A DNA stretch of 64,000 nucleotides from Phallusia mammillata (taxonomy: Eukaryota). The notes below the pieces were generated by a model. That model searched no databases. It was not told the origin of the DNA and saw only the letters and a program-made list of their open reading frames with translations. Below are positions 12,505 to 24,100 of this stretch, one piece after another. A program made the translations under genes and the position numbers. The first letter of the stretch is position 1. Each line of letters opens with the position of its first letter. The stretch covers positions 28,458,001 through 28,522,000 of the forward strand of contig OZ281496.1 of assembly GCA_965637545.1 (NCBI GenBank). Direction: 5' to 3'.

Positions 12505-12985
12505 CTTGTACGTCGGCATAGTATTTCTAGCGGTGTCAATCTTGGGGTTCACGAAGGCATCGGCAGGGGCGGGGTCAGGTTATATCCGGCACCTGAGACA
12601 AAGTACCTGCGACAACATTTAAAAAACAAAAACAAATTAACATCGATCTTCAATGTTAAAGAAACATGATATCAGATGGTGTTTTTATGTCTTACCTGTA
12701 ATGATAGGGCTGTAATAATTACCAGTATAACGACAGCGATACAACAAATCCAGTGCTGGATTAACCATTAGGCAAAGTAGGCACGTGTCTACAGGCCAGT
12801 CAAAAATCGAGGCCACTTTAAAATCAGTAGAATGATTTGGCAACACTGATAATTATATTTTTTTAGTTGGCAACCCTGATTTTTGGGCCACTTATAAAAT
12901 GTGCCTACAGGCCAGCAGACCCTTAATCCGGCACTGAATAAATCCAATTTCGCACATGCATGTTTCTATAGGGCTGGTGTGTCAC
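12505..12985 (-). pseudogene. Decayed partial copy of cellulose synthase exons 16-17
   Basis: 12505-12606 aligns without gaps to CesA exon 27540-27641 (about 21 mismatches over 110 nt including splice sites) and contains an in-frame TAA. 12696-12750 and 12945-12985 match the ends of CesA exon 27786-28016. Splice sites are retained. Confidence 0.85.
12751..12936. mobile_element. hAT-type MITE inserted in the CesA pseudo-exon
   Basis: TIRs CAGTGCTGGATTAA / TTAATCCGGCACTG (1 mismatch). 8-bp TSD aacaaatc / aataaatc. Confidence 0.8.
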
Positions 12986-13152
12986 CATCAAAGAACTATA
13001 AAAGTTAAATGCAAGCGACGTGAATGTAAATGTAACAAAATCTGTGTTGGGACGAAAATGCAAGCTATAGTTTTGGGTCAGTTAAGTCACACATGACTAA
13101 CAACACACATTGACCTTAGGTTTGCCTGATTTAACACAAGGTTTAACCCCAA

Positions 13153-13464
13153 TGTAACATCGTAAATCACTCAACCGTAACCTACGTCACATCTTATACG
13201 GTGTGATTGCACCACAATGCCAGAATCCCCTATGACGTAACAATACCATTGTAGTTTATTTCTTTATGCTGTGCCTTTGGCCATTTAGTATTGAGTTTAG
13301 TTTGGACCACGTGTAATTCGTTAGTTGCTGACTTAAATTTGCAAGCGTTAGATAAAGTAATGAAAGTGACTAATTATAATTTGTTTGTCATTAATAGATG
13401 GTAATGCTTTATAAAATTAAAAACTCTGGCGAAAACGAATAATGTTGCCTTTGCGAGGTAAGCT
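13153..13464 (+). repeat. 5' LTR, truncated at its 3' end
   Basis: Starts TGTAAC after the TSD. The match to the 3' LTR stops at ..aggtaagct, directly followed by gag codons. Confidence 0.8.
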
Positions 13465-16400
13465 GCTGATGCAAGAGCCAGAATCCTGAATGAAGACGAC
13501 GAAGGTTTATCACAAACGGACATGAGGTCCAATGATGAACAGATTCCAGACATAGCCGCGTTTTTCCCCGATGTGGCCACGAATGACGGTCCGATGACAT
13601 CCTCTGCTGCTAAGAACTGTACGTTTCCTATCCGAGATAGAGAAGAACCACAGGAAAGTATGCGTCCTAATGCACGTGTTCCTGTGACTAAAGCCCATTC
13701 AGTTGTTAAAGTGATCGAAGAAAACCCAGCTGTGCTTCCATGTATAGTGAAGGTAGTTGGAGAGGGCATGCGTATGCCGAAGCCCGATCACATGACGTTC
13801 TCGGGCAATCCTACTGATTATTGGATGTTTGTACGCTACTTTGAATCTAATCTCGAATGCAAAACACGAAGCGATGATATGCGATTGACACTGCATATAA
13901 ATCAGTGCAAGGGAAAAGCGAGGTCTTTAATTTAACATTGCTCTGTTCTAGATACGGTTGAAGGTTATCCCAATGCAAGAAGCATTCTTTATGAGAACTT
14001 GGGTAAGCCCTACGTGGTGGCTAGAGCATTTGTTGAAGAGTTAACTAAGGGTCCGAACTTAAAACCGGACGATGCTACTGGTATGCGCACTTATGCGCAG
14101 ACTATGAGGAAATGTCTGCTGGTACTTCGCCAGCTAGGGAATTTTGCTGATCTTAACACAGTTGACCGTTTAGTGGCTCTTGCAAATAGGCTCCCGTACG
14201 AGTCGCAAAGGCTTTGGCGCCGCCGAGTCGCGCAGACTGTAAGGAAAACTGGGAGAGAAGCGGATTTTGCCGATCTCGTTGAGTTCGTCGAAGAAGAGTC
14301 TGCCGTTGTAAATACTTTACCTGGTCAATTGTGTGTTTCCCGAAAGGCTGAAGAAAAGAAGCGCCCCGCAAAACCCGGTGGGAGGAAGGTTACCTGTGCG
14401 ACTGTGACCACAAACCAGAGTCCTGCTCCTGCGTCACCAATAAGCTGCCCGTGTTGTAAACGAAATCACGTGTTGGAAAGATGTGAAGTGTTCGGCAGAA
14501 AGTCCACGGTGCAGAGAAGAGAGTTTCTAAGAGATAAGTTTATGTGCTTTAACTGTTTTGGTTATCGACATACGTCAAGGGTGTGTACCCAGCCCAGTGC
14601 CTGTACTGTGAGAGGTTGCAACCTTTCACACCACACGTTGCTACATGAAAATATGCAAAATCCCATGCGTTCCAGGACATACGCACATGCTCCTGAGAGA
14701 TACAACAGAGCTCCGCGCAGCAAACCACCTAATGGACAGACATCGAGTTCTACAGCCAGGTGCAACGCGATAAAGAACTGTCATTCATCTTACTTTTCTG
14801 TTATTTCAGTAAAAATTCGGTCGAACGGTCAGGAGATTATAACGTACGCGTTCCTCGACCAAGGGTCTGACACAAGCTTCTATGATAAAAGGTTGGCAGA
14901 TCTGCTTCCAATAAGAGGAAGACCAAAACAAGTTACGATGTCCAGCGTCGGAAGAAGACCGGCGAACCATAGCGGAATAAGCGCAAATTTTAGCGTTTTA
15001 TCGCTAGATGAAAACGAAGAGATTAGTGTCGACAACGCTCTGTCCATCGACACCATACCGGTTGAGGCGAATCCGACGCCAACAAAGTCGGAAGTGAAAA
15101 GTCTTCCACACCTACAGGGTTTGGAATTTCCTGTGTTGGATGAAGGAGAGGTGCTACTACTTATCGGCACTGACGTCCCATACGCACATAGAGTACTGGA
15201 AATGAGAACAGGGGAACGCAAGCAACCTTTTGCTGCGAGAACCCCGCTTGGATGGTCACTTATTGGCCCATCCGTCTGCTATCCTGCTGTTGATAATATT
15301 TCGGTAAACTTCTTTAGATGCAAAAAGACCCAGGAACTAAGCGGTGATTCTTGGGTGGACGAATTTATGCAAGACCCGAACGACTTGCCCTTTCCTACGT
15401 CAGTTGAAGACCGAAAGGTGCTACGCATGATGAAGAACTCAGTGAAACACACGGACGGACATTTTTATTTGCCTCTTCCGTGGCGAAGTGATGTTACTTT
15501 ACCGAAAGACAGCCGTCACATGGCTGAACGACGGCTTTGGTCGCTAAAGAAACTCTTCTCGCGCGATTTCTCTCTTAAAGACAAGTACGTCCAGAAGATG
15601 CAGGACTACATTGATGAGGGCTACGCAGAAGAAGTTACCAATGAAGAAGCCGAGGACGCTTCAGGCAGTATTCAATGGTATTTGCCACATCATCCAGTTT
15701 GCCACCCGCGCAAACCCGACAAGGTACGCATCGTTTTTGATTGCGCAGCGCAGCACAGAGGATTGTCTCTTAACGACGCCTTGCTGCAAGGTCCCGATTT
15801 GGTTAATAGTTTAATCGGTGTCTTGGAACGATTTCGTATGAACAGTATTGCTCTGGTAGCGGACGTGGAAGCAATGTTCCACCAGGTCCGCGTTCACAAG
15901 TCTGACATTGATGCTTTAAGGTTTTTGTGGTGGCCGGGGGGAGATTTGTCCCGAACGCCCACCGTTCATCGTATGCTCGTGCACATTTTTGGGGCTACGT
16001 CATCGCCCAGCTGCGCCACATTCTGCTTGCATGAAACCGCGGAGCAGTTTGGAAAAATGTTTGATAAAGATGTTGGGGACATCGTCCGCAATGATTTTTA
16101 CGTAGACGATTGTTTGACGTCAGCCGAAACAGTCGAGCGCGCCACCGAGTTGGTCACGCAACTACGCGCCTTGCTGAAGAAGGGAGGATTTCGCCTGACC
16201 AAATGGCTATCTAACAATCAACGTGTCTTGGATCAAATTCCAGAGGCAGAGAGAGCAAAATCGCTGACCGATGTAAACTTGGACGCTTCCGTAAAAGAAC
16301 GCGTTCTAGGTGTTTACTGGCGGGTACAGAATGACGAATTTGGATTCAGCATAACTGAAACGATGCAAGGCAAGAAATTTACCCGACGCAATATTTTATG

Positions 16401-18704
16401 TGCTGTTAACACGCTTTATGACCCTTTGGGTTTTGCCGCACCTGTAACTTTGATTGCTAAGGTGTTACAACAAGAAATAGTCCGACAGAAGCTGGGGTGG
16501 GATGACGAGCTGCCCAAAGACGACATTGACGAATGGCGACGCTGGCTTTCTCAATTGCCGGAGCTCGAAAAGTTGACGCTTCCCCGCTGCTTTAAGCCTC
16601 CTACCTTCGGCTCAGTCGCGAAGTGCGAGATGCAACATTTTTCGGATGCTTCAACTCAAGGCTATGGAATTGTGTCCTACCTTCGTCTGGAAGATGCTGA
16701 TGGACAAGTCCACTGCTCGTTTCTATTTGGCAAATCGAAGGTGACGCCCCCGAAAACTGAAAGCATTCCGAGGCTTGAACTTGCTGCTGCTGTCTTAGCT
16801 GTAAAAGCGGACAAATGGCTTCGACGCCAACTAAAATTTGATAACTGCGAGTCCGTGTTTTGGACAGACTCGTGTGCCGTCCGACAAAGTATTTACAACC
16901 AAAGTAAACGCTTTGGTACGTTTGTTGCCAACAGGTTGGCCGAAATTCATCGACAAACAAGTCCTGATCAATGGAGGCACGTAAATTTCCAGCTAAACCC
17001 CGCCGATGATGCTTCGTGAGGTTTGTCCGTGCACAAGCTCATCCGCTCTCGATGGCTGACTGGTCCAAAGTTTCTTTAGCAAACTAAAGATCGATGGCCA
17101 ACCCCGCCGGAGTTGAAGACTCAGCTTCCTTCAGAGTTCCAGCCAGCTGAGCGGAAGAGGATTGTTGTAAACGTTTCTGCACAGTCAGGGTCAACCGATC
17201 GTTTGCTGAATCGATATTCATCTCTTCATAAGCTGAAGACAACGGTCGCATGGCTGCTGCGTTTTAAGTCGTTCCTGCGCTCAAAGATTTTTGTGCCCAC
17301 CGGCAAGCTGAGCGTGGATGAGCTGAAGGATGCGGAGTTAGAGATAATAAAGTATGTGCAACGCCAGTGTTTCGCTCCTGCTATCGACGTTTTGTCCAGC
17401 GACAGACAATCCGATAGGGAGCTGCAAAGGAAATTAAAGAAATCGCCACACGCTAACTCGCTGGCGAAACTTAGCCCCCAGGTTTTTAATGGTCTACTTC
17501 GAATTGGGGGGAGATTGGAAAAATTGCCTTTGACGCAAAACACTCAATTATACTGCCGCATGATCACAACCTAACGAGAATGATAATTCAGAGCCATCAT
17601 CACGAAGTTGGGCATTGTGGAACTGCTCATACTTGGACGTCACTGCAACAGCGCTTCTGGATTATTAAGGGAGGCGACGCTGTCAGGAAGGAACTTAGCA
17701 ATTGCATGCTATGTCGCAAGAGAACCGTACGACGAGGACAACAGCAAATGGCAGAACTGCCATTCGCCCGATTGAAGCCTGATGAGCCACCGTTTACTTA
17801 CGTTGGCATTGATTACTTCGGTCCATTCATGGTGAAGCGAGGAAGAAGTGAAACGAAAAGTTATGGGTGCATATTCACCTGCTTGACTATGCGAGCTGTA
17901 CACATCGAGGTGGCACCTGATTTATCCACTGATGCATTTATCAATGCCCTGCGTCGATTCATAGAAAGAAGAGGCCGACCGAAGGAGATATACAGCGATA
18001 ATGGCACGAACTTTGTTGGTGCTGAAAGAGTTTTGCGTGAAGCCCTACAAGGTCTCCAGCAGTCCCGACTAGAGTCGTACTTCAAACGAAAAGACATCAA
18101 GTGGAATTTTAATTGTCCCGCTGCTTCCCACATGGGAGGTTCGTGGGAGAGAATGATAAGGTCTATTCGTCGCATTCTAAATGCGATGCTAACAAGAAAC
18201 CAAACTATCGGTGCGGACATGTTGCAAACTTTGATGATCGAAGTGGAAAGCATTTTAAATTCCAGACCGTTGACACCGATCAGCTTCACTTCTACTGAAG
18301 ATGAGCCACTGACGCCCAACCATTTGTTGTTGGGACGCGCTTCTGACAGTGTTCCAGTGGGACTTATCAATCCAAAGGACTGCTATAGCCGAAGACGATG
18401 GAAACAAATCCAACTTCTCGCCGATGATTTCTGGAGAAGATGGTCTCGGGAATATTTACCTACAATTGCCTTACGCCAAAAGTGGCCTGACCGACAACGC
18501 AATTTCCAACCGGGAGATGTGGTGATGATCGTTGATGAGACTCAGCCTCGACGTCGATGGGAGATTGGACGCGTTCTGCACGCGTTTCCGGACCAACACG
18601 ATGTTGTCCGCCAAGTCAACGTTAAAACGCAATCTGGTTCCACGTATAGACGGCCGATTGCAAAATTGTGCTTGCTCTGCGAGGCAAGCACCAAATGCCA
18701 ATAA
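13462..18704 (+). pseudogene. BEL/Pao gag-pol, disrupted
   Basis: Gag (FSGNP..YW..F), three Cys/His knuckles (CPCCKRNHVLERC, CFNCFGYRHTSRVC, CTVRGCNLSHHTLLH), protease LDQGSD, RT YLPHHPV/KVRIVFD/YVDD, RNase H FSDAS/RLELAAA/WTDS, integrase HHCC/DYFG/DNGTNF. In-frame stops at 13933-13935, 17017-17019 and about 17077-17079, and a frameshift near 17520-17540. The gag N-terminus is missing. Confidence 0.95.
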
Positions 18705-18741
18705 GTGCATCCGACGCATTTAGGCCACGCAGTCGTCGAAC

Positions 18742-18772
18742 TGGCCCTGAATTGCGGTGCAATTCAGGGCCA
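18742..18772. other. Perfect 14-bp stem / 3-nt loop hairpin at the expected PPT position
   Basis: TGGCCCTGAATTGC-ggt-GCAATTCAGGGCCA immediately before the 3' LTR remnant. Confidence 0.9.
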
Positions 18773-18773
18773 T

Positions 18774-19357
18774 CCCTATGACGTAACAATACCATTGTAG
18801 TTTATTTCTTTATGCTGTGCCTTTGGCCATTTAGTATTGAGTTTAGTTTGGACCACGTGTAGTTCGTTAGTTGCTGACTTAAATTTGCAAGCGTTAGATA
18901 AAGTAATGAAAGTGACTAATTATAATGTGTTTGTCATTAATAGATGGTAATGCTTTATAAAATTAAAAACTCTGGCGAAAAAGAATAATGTTGCCTTTGC
19001 AAGGTAAGCTTGATTTGTATGTCAGTTGCCCGATTTGCCGTACATTTAAATTATCGTTTTTCATCTGTGTAGAACGCTTTCTGACGATATCAAACTGTGT
19101 TTATCTTTGATACCCTGGTCCAAAACTCTGGTAAGCTTTATTTCTGCCGGCTTAAAATTAATTTCTGTTTCCCATTTTTGAGTGAATGTTCTCTTTGCAG
19201 AAAACCGTGTCGTGTCGTGTCTACCGTGAACGTGACGTGATTACCGTGTCGTATTGAACCGTGTCGACGTGTAAAATAAATTCACGCGTTTCCAGAAATT
19301 GGATTTCTCTAGTGTGACGCCAGCGCGGTACCAGGCGCGCAAATTCCTGACGTTACA
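18774..19357 (+). repeat. 3' LTR, truncated at its 5' end
   Basis: Lacks the first 75 bp seen at 13153-13227. Contains gtaagc donors, a tttgcag acceptor and AATAAA, and ends GTTACA followed by the TSD. Confidence 0.8.
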
Positions 19358-20486
19358 CCCAACAAAGTGTCTGCTATCACTTTATATACCTTTTCCAAAT
19401 TATTTCAACGCGTCTAAGCAAATTCTCAAGTTATAAATTTCTTCGTAGTAAGTTTGATTTGGGTTTCTCGCCGAGATTTGTGGTACTTTTCAGCCAACGA
19501 GCAAAGTAATCGTTATCATTAATTGTATATTATCTGATTATCTTAGTACGACAGCTGTTCTTACTTGCAAGTAAAAAGGCGACTGGTGAAAAGACAGTAA
19601 ATATTTTACACCTAAACAACACGTTGCTAGACAACTATAACAGACTAAATTAACTACAGTTAACTGATAACCTGCAAAAAAATCAAATAAATGACTAACC
19701 ACTCACTGCGCGTGATTTGCTTTAAGCACATAAGTTGCTTGACGCCTATCTTACACGTTGTGTCAACTAACGTAAATGTAAATTTGTTTTTAGCGCCACT
19801 GTAAAATTTGTGTTGTCTTTTTGTACGTTATATAAACTGTACAAAAAAGAAACTACAAATTGTCGCAACCACTAAAACTTATAAGCTTAATTCACATCAA
19901 TTCTGATAACACAAAGCGCTACTTTATTTTAGAATTCTACACCATAACACAAGACGACTGACATTACTTTAATCAAACGTTTCTACATCAGACATCTGGT
20001 GTAACCACCCTGACTTGATGACGACTTGTTGAAAGGTTGTTTACATTGGAACTTATAATGTTCATTACAATTGGTTGTTAAGTCTGATCTTTGCATCTCA
20101 ACAACAGCTGACCGATTAACAGTCACACAAAGTATCCTTTCTTGATCAAAAATAAACCTGAATAATAGCTTGTTTATACAAAGTAATAGTTTTGTTACAA
20201 AATCTTTCTATTTTTCAAGATGTCTGGTGTATATTTTGTAAATCCGCCGATTTTCACACACTTCTCTTTGCTAACTGAACTGTACTCTTCACCGGACAGG
20301 TGAAACAACTAAAGTAACCTCTGGCTTGGCCACTACATCCAGTGTGTGTGCATCACATACAAAGCGCCGGTCCGTGATGTGTTGATTGCTTGTTGCTCAA
20401 GGCATGACGTGGCTATCGGAAAACAAACCATGCCTAGTCCAAGTAACTGGGAACTGATAAGAAACCAAACAAGAACACGGAAGTTA

Positions 20487-20580
20487 GGAGCGTGGCCGAA
20501 TGGTCCGGGGCGCTTGAACCACGTGCCGAAATAAAAAAACTCATTTGGAACTAAAGCGGTCATGGATTCAAATCCCGTGA
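20487..20580 (+). mobile_element. tRNA-derived SINE head
   Basis: A-box TGGCCGAATGG and B-box-like GGATTCAAATCC with spacing too long for a cloverleaf. Related to 38627-38724. Confidence 0.55.
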
Positions 20581-21148
20581 AGCTTTTTACTAAACGTTTT
20601 TTCGCACCAATTTTATTCGAATTCGCGAACGCGTTTCGACATAAGGGCACGATACAGCAATAAAAGAAGGTGCCAACAGGAGGCAGGTAAGTAACTTTGA
20701 CGGAGAAAGTACAGTACACGTATGTATATATATTTCAATAAAGCAAACGAGTTGGGCGCAATTGTTACCAAAGGTTTGACATAAGTGCAACATTTGATGT
20801 GTGCTGATGACACCCAAACGGGGTCGTTATGTGTGGTTTGAAAATACAATGCACGAATCGACTATACCTGAAAAATTTTGCCAAAGGAAATGTGTTAAAA
20901 AACGGAAACAGTTAATCTCAACGAAACAATAAATACAAGCAGAAAAAGCGCGATTATGTACACACGTCATAGGCAACGACGTCACAAATGCAAGTGTGAC
21001 GTCACAATTTGGTTTGAAAAGTTGGCGCGGGGCTTTCTTACGCTCGCAATTCGAGCCTTGCTTCTAATCGAATAATTGTTCTGCTCGGGAGCGCTACCTT
21101 GTGGGGCGATGAAACGCCCAAATTATCTCACTTCCTCGTGTCGTCGCA

Positions 21149-24100
21149 TTATGAGCAAGAACACGATTCCGCACGTTGAAATTCGCCTGATATTTTTGGC
21201 ACATACTGTGGGCAGGTTTCGCTGCACTCAGAGAAGTGATTCATGAGACAAGGGTGATAGGTACCAGCTGGGAACATGCGGCCGTCGGATTCTCCAGGTG
21301 TTTTGACCCAAGCGTACGCATCAAGACCCACTTTAGCCAGTGATATGCAAAGGGTGCTTGCTGTGTCTGAATACGCGTCGTAATAATCTGTACCCGTGTT
21401 TGCTGTTTCGGCCACGTATTCCGTATCTGAAGTGTAAACTGTAAAAAAGAGAAAATATTTAGTTTTAGCGAGTATTAAGCACCTGATCAGATGCAATCAG
21501 TCAAGTTCCTAAAACGCAATTAAGTTGGGTTCAAGTGTCTGTACATATATACACGTTTCCCGAATACACTGAGAACCACTTGAGTTTTATTTACTCTTGT
21601 GTATTAGGAATGTGCAAACAAGTTCTCAACTGCACTGTATAGTGAAAACATCGAATGTGACTGTGGCAATTAAACAAAATCAAAGTGTTTGCAAAGAAGG
21701 ATTTGCACCAATAAAAAGCGTTATTCGAGACCCTTTCAAAACTCATAGGTTATAGGCACAAAGATTGGAATAATGATGAAGCAGGCAATATAGTTAATTA
21801 GCACAATATACTTCAGAAATAAACTTACCGGCACCAGCAGCTGGCCCTTCTCCCAGTACTGGCTCGTTCCCGGTGTTAGCTTGGTTTAACACCCAACGCT
21901 TTCGTCGCAGTGTTGTTGCTACAAGAAAATAAATCAACTCAATTACTATAATTTTTATCACTTAATTTGCATCAATCCAATCTATTTAATTTCGCGCATA
22001 TAATATTTTATCCAGTTTGTTCGTTGTACACACCACTAAAAGTTGCATGCTTTGAGGTCAGGCGATTAAGACAAAGCTACTAAGTAAGCGTAATGACTAC
22101 AGGATGTAGCCTGTTTAATAGGGTGGTGACCTACGAATCTGTCTTTACTTATCCACACTGACGCTGATCGTCTGCCGCTCTTTTTGAGTATATCGTGTAT
22201 AAGCTACTAAGTATGTACAATTGCCCAAACCCACCTTCGGTTGCACTATCGACAGTCAGGTCTGTATTCTGGCTCGTTCCACTCTTAATGTTGGTGGTTT
22301 TTGATCCTTCCATCCACATTGGTTTGCTGCCGTTGATAGCGTTTGGAGGATCGTAAGTACATTGGTTGATCTCCTCCAGTGATCTACAATTATCAAGGCA
22401 ATGTCAGTTAAAATTAAGTTGATATATAATTTGGCTGAATTAGCACATTTTGTTAAAACCTGTTTTTAAGTAAAAGCATAGAGCCAATAAATGATTAGAT
22501 GCAGACAGTGCACTATGTAGCACAGACTAAGTGAGGCATGGGTTTTTCCCTGTTATTCCAAAAAACTGGAGTGCCGTTGAAGAATACGGCCGATCTCTCG
22601 TCAACAGCTGCACCGATTAGACCTTACAGGTCGAAACAGTGTGTACTGTCAGTTGTTTTTTAGGTAAGTATGGCCACTGAATGATTTTTTATGGTTTACC
22701 AATAGTTTTTAATCATTGGTTTACTGATTAACACAAGGCGCTATGACCCTATAGGACACTTAAAAATAAATCTTTGCCTGTTGTTTTAGAAACATACCGA
22801 TCAGAAAAGGTTCCTCCGTTACGGGATGTGTCAATAATATAATGATATCCAGTTTGACAATGGATTTCTTCAGCCAGCTGTTGGTTAAATGTGCTGTTTA
22901 CAAACGATCCCACATTAATGGAAAATCCTCTTATAGCAGGCGGCATGTTTTTCATAACTCCTATTATATGATCCAGGTTGACTTGCCACTGTAGGTACAT
23001 AGCGTTCCCAGCGTCCACGTACACCCAAGAATACGGAAACATCTTTACAACGTTGCCAACCCTCTGAGAAAACGCCAACTGCAAAACACAAGATAAATTA
23101 GTGGCGGAAAAAGTAAAAGTTACCGATTTTTTATGAGAACCTCTAGAAAAATAGGAAAAAGGTTTAGATATAAGAGCACGCGTTACGAGCAGTCCAATCA
23201 TAGACGAAACATTCTTTGCTAAAGAGCATAAGATAAAAGTAAACAAAAAGTTTTTAGACAGTGAAAACCATTAGGCATTGTTTGTAAACTATTTGCACTT
23301 TGTTATGGTAGATATGTATTTTTTTATCCTGGTATAGAAAAGATGCCTTTTTTTCTTACCTGATAGTCTGTATTGTGGTATTCGGTCTTTGAATTAAAGG
23401 TGTGCATAAGTAACGAAGGTTCCATTACAATTAATGAGGGAATATCCGACAAATGATCGGCGTATTTGCTCATTTTCTCATCGTAATCCTCCCAGGTGTC
23501 TATAAGTTAAAAACAGGTCAATCTAAGCCACGGTATGTACGTTCTGACGTGTGAAACTGTATGGTATATTGTGCTGTTATATTTTAGTGTTTGGGGGAAA
23601 CTGCTACTTTAGTGTTAAACTAAGTATATTGTGAAGGTATTTTCTAAACATATGTTGTATAGCCCGAAGTCAAACCACTGACGAAAGGAAAATTATTCAC
23701 AGCTTTTCTTTGAATACTTTTGCGTAAAATAGTTTTGAACAAACAGTACCATATAAAGGTAATTACTAAATATGAAAAGTATTTGCATTGAAACAACGAA
23801 AAGTCAATTATAGCTTTAGTTTGCTCCTTACCGATTCTGTGCTCGGGCATGTAATGTCCAGCCTCTGAATCGAGCGCTAGTCCCTGTGAAGGATGCATAA
23901 AGAAGACAATGATGGGGACTTCATCCTCTTCACATGCTGTACGTTTAATCTGCTGCATTGTGTAGAAATCGTCGTCAAGACCCAAGAGCCAGAAAGAGTT
24001 CCTTGCCACTTGAAGTTTTGACAAAGCATCTGTGGTCTTCACCATAGCCAACGGGCTTCCACCTGTGAAACATAACAGGTTCAGTAACAATTCTGAAAGT

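Larger units (their letters stand above)
13153..19357 (+). mobile_element. BEL/Pao LTR retrotransposon, decayed
   Basis: TGTAAC...GTTACA termini flanked by 5-bp TSD CCCAA (13148-13152, 19358-19362). A 237-bp direct repeat occurs at 13228-13464 and 18774-19010. Domain order is gag-PR-RT-RH-IN. Confidence 0.95.

Noticed and set aside
13374-18719. Antisense and alternative-frame ORFs over the retrotransposon (likewise over the JAKs and the 52-54 kb exon)
   Set aside because: Shadow ORFs of long coding sequences, with no domain features.
20487-20580. Functional tRNA genes here and at 38627-38724 and 59262-59335
   Set aside because: A/B-box spacing and stems do not form a cloverleaf; treated as SINE remnants.
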